DNA of 59,399 nucleotides from a virus (Duplodnaviria; Caudoviricetes): IMG/VR virus record IMGVR_UViG_3300043399_001226, positions 1 to 59,399 of that record; one strand, 5' to 3'. Shown piece by piece: positions 57,608 to 59,399 of this stretch (position 1 is its first letter; each line of letters starts with the position of its first letter). The notes under the pieces were generated by a model. It saw only the letters and a program-made list of their open reading frames with translations, ran no database searches and was not told where the DNA came from. The position numbers and the translations under genes were made by a program.

Positions 57608-58198
57608 CTATTCCAACTCTTTCAATTGTTTAGCTAACTTTTGACATTCGTTAGTTACGTATTCTATATCTTTATAACTTCCTCCTATAAAAGGATTATG
57701 ATCATATAAGTATGGAACTAAATCACCATCATGCCCACAATCAAAACCTACTACATAATCTGCTGTATAATTTTGTTGTTTAAATTTTCTTCTACCTGTA
57801 TAGGTTACTCCACCATGTACTTTAATGTTATAAAAATTTTCTTCTGAGAAACTAACATACAATTTATGTTCTTTAGGTAATTCTACATACCCGCATAAGT
57901 GTTTCAATTCCGGATGCCGCTGTATAAAACATTTGTATCCTGTATCTTCATCAACAAACTCCAACAAATCTGGTTCAGTTTCCCATGGCTTTTTAGAGAC
58001 ATTAACATTAGGGTCATACTCATCTTCTAAAGTCTCCCACTCTTCTAAACTGCAAAATCTTTCTTTTAATGCTTCTTTCGCCACTCCTAATCTGTGAGTT
58101 CTAGTCTCATAATCAACTAGCTGATCTCTCCACTGCATATACCACTCGCCTATTTGATAGCAAATAAAATCTACTTGTTGCTTTGTAAACTTTCTCAT
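57608..58198 (-). CDS. Phage hypothetical protein
   Basis: HLCGYV, VHGGVTY, VGFDCGHDGD conserved-looking motifs. Confidence 0.75.
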   Translation of the reverse strand: MRKFTKQQVDFICYQIGEWYMQWRDQLVDYETRTHRLGVAKEALKERFCSLEEWETLEDEYDPNVNVSKKPWETEPDLLEFVDEDTGYKCFIQRHPELKHLCGYVELPKEHKLYVSFSEENFYNIKVHGGVTYTGRRKFKQQNYTADYVVGFDCGHDGDLVPYLYDHNPFIGGSYKDIEYVTNECQKLAKQLKELE

Positions 58199-58350
58199 TT
58201 TCCCTCCTGTTTATTTAAATAATACTGCCTGACTATATACTCTACCTGTGCTTTTCTTGTACGCATGTTATCTTTGGCTTCCTTATCTATTAGCCCTAGT
58301 AATTCATCATTAGGGTTTATGTTTATTGAATTTTTTTGCTTGTTAATCAT
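58195..58350 (-). CDS. Arc-like RHH protein (51 aa, not in ORF track)
   Basis: SININPNDELLGLIDKEAKDNMRTRKAQVEYIV; overlaps neighbouring ORFs on both sides. Confidence 0.6.
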   Translation of the reverse strand: MINKQKNSININPNDELLGLIDKEAKDNMRTRKAQVEYIVRQYYLNKQEGK

Positions 58351-58835
58351 TTACTCCTCCACCACCTCCCAGTCATTTGCAAAAAATCATCTTTTGATAT
58401 ATAAAATAGATCCACAAATTCACTATAGTATCCATTTGAAATACCGAACCAAGTTATATCCACGTACCCTTTAATCGTCGCTAACTTATAAAAAGTCCAT
58501 GTATAGGAATCACTGTATGGGGGGACTTCATTTTCACTTGAATTACTATTCTCTTCCGCTTTTAAAATAGGAGTGTTTAATAAATCTTCAAAATTACCGC
58601 TTACCTCTTTTATCTCAACATCTTCGCAACAGTCCTGTTTATGCCCCATGAAGTACAAACCATCTTTTGTTTTAAAGACAATTATTTCTCTATCTCTATT
58701 CGTCCTGAAACGGCTGATATCAAGGAAAACTTGACCATATAAACTTTTAAAGTCTATACTTTCTTGACAATTGTGCCATGCTATAGTTAAAGCTTCAATT
58801 ATGTTCATTTTTTTACTCCCTGTTATCATACTCAA
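58347..58835 (-). CDS. Phage hypothetical protein
   Basis: HKQDCCEDV, TWTFYKLATIKGYVDITWFGISNGYYSE. Confidence 0.75.
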   Translation of the reverse strand: MSMITGSKKMNIIEALTIAWHNCQESIDFKSLYGQVFLDISRFRTNRDREIIVFKTKDGLYFMGHKQDCCEDVEIKEVSGNFEDLLNTPILKAEENSNSSENEVPPYSDSYTWTFYKLATIKGYVDITWFGISNGYYSEFVDLFYISKDDFLQMTGRWWRSK

Positions 58836-59163
58836 ACATTACTCTCTTATTTGCTGTTATTTGTATGAAGTCTATATCCTCGCTTTCATATAAATAAGTA
58901 AATGTATCACTTACCAGAAATGTAAAGCAGTCTATAAATATTGCAAAGTTCAGCGTTTGATTAAACCCGTACTCATTACTATTTTTAAAATGTATTTTAT
59001 AATAATCGGTTTGAATTTTATTACCCTCTAATACTATTCCATAATCAGCAACCAGTTTACATATAGCAATATTAGATGTTTTATTATAATTTGAATTTAA
59101 AGCTTTAGAAAATTTATTAATCTTAATTGCCTTATTATCTTTATCCCATATATCTATAAACAT
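58813..59163 (-). CDS. Hypothetical protein
   Basis: Coupled ORF. Confidence 0.55.
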   Translation of the reverse strand: MFIDIWDKDNKAIKINKFSKALNSNYNKTSNIAICKLVADYGIVLEGNKIQTDYYKIHFKNSNEYGFNQTLNFAIFIDCFTFLVSDTFTYLYESEDIDFIQITANKRVMFEYDNRE

Positions 59164-59169
59164 ATTATT

Positions 59170-59399
59170 TTACTTCCTCCCAGTCATATTTCTAAAAAAA
59201 TATGCTTCTCTAAAATCCGCTCCTACACAATACGCTCCATTTAAATTAGCCTCTTTCGCATCGTGCCTATAAACAATTACATCAACAAAATCAGAACTTC
59301 TTAAATCAGTGTTTTTTAGATTTGTTCTTCTTAAATCAGCTCCTCTAAAATCTGCATATCTTAAATCAGCGTTACTTAAATCTAATTTTTTTAAATTTG
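59170..59399 (-). CDS. Pentapeptide-repeat protein, 3' part
   Basis: ...EANLNGAYCVGADFREAYFFRNMTGRK*; in frame with 1..223 after removing the 114-bp overlap. Confidence 0.85.
   Translation of the reverse strand, partial: NLKKLDLSNADLRYADFRGADLRRTNLKNTDLRSSDFVDVIVYRHDAKEANLNGAYCVGADFREAYFFRNMTGRK
59286..59399. repeat. Terminal direct repeat, copy 2
   Basis: Identical to 1-114. Confidence 0.97.

Noticed and set aside
1630-58474. Many short ORF-track entries antisense to or inside long genes (e.g. 1630, 3162, 5348, 8230, 17659, 23131, 30731, 46353, 53434, 56015, 58265)
   Set aside because: No motifs or RBS and they overlap well-supported genes; unlike the nested HNH they show no protein-family signal
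1-59399. tRNA/rRNA genes, integrase, IS transposases
   Set aside because: None recognised by eye; a tRNAscan-SE and HMM run would be needed to exclude them formally

Overview
The window looks like a complete, circularly assembled, AT-rich temperate myovirus-like genome. Positions 1-114 are repeated exactly at 59286-59399, giving a unit length of about 59,285 bp, and a pentapeptide-repeat gene reads in frame across that junction. It encodes a full set of packaging, head and contractile-tail genes: TerS, intein-containing TerL, DUF1073-type portal, gpF, DUF2213 protease, DUF2184-type capsid, neck, sheath, tube, frameshifting chaperone, tape measure and baseplate. It also has YqaJ/Bet recombination, RuvC, an SSB-like protein and lysozyme. 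I found no integrase. Instead it carries plasmid maintenance functions (ParA with an RHH partner, a MazF/PemK toxin-antitoxin pair, a DnaA_N-domain Rep and a dif-like site), so it is probably a phage-plasmid. The accessory genes (porins, GapR, HU, Rpn, WGR, patatin, SSS symporter, DnaA_N Rep) point by inference to a Rickettsiales/Rickettsiaceae endosymbiont host. Highlights: (i) a TerL intein whose HNH endonuclease is a separate gene overprinted in the -1 frame; (ii) two genes inserted between sheath and tube that look eukaryote-directed, one lysine-depleted and one with LC8-, NLS- and D-box-like motifs; (iii) a collagen-patatin-fibre module inserted between portal and gpF; (iv) two inverted porin paralogs flanking a small cassette; (v) several candidate regulatory RNAs. 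All family assignments come from recognising motifs by eye, not from database searches.
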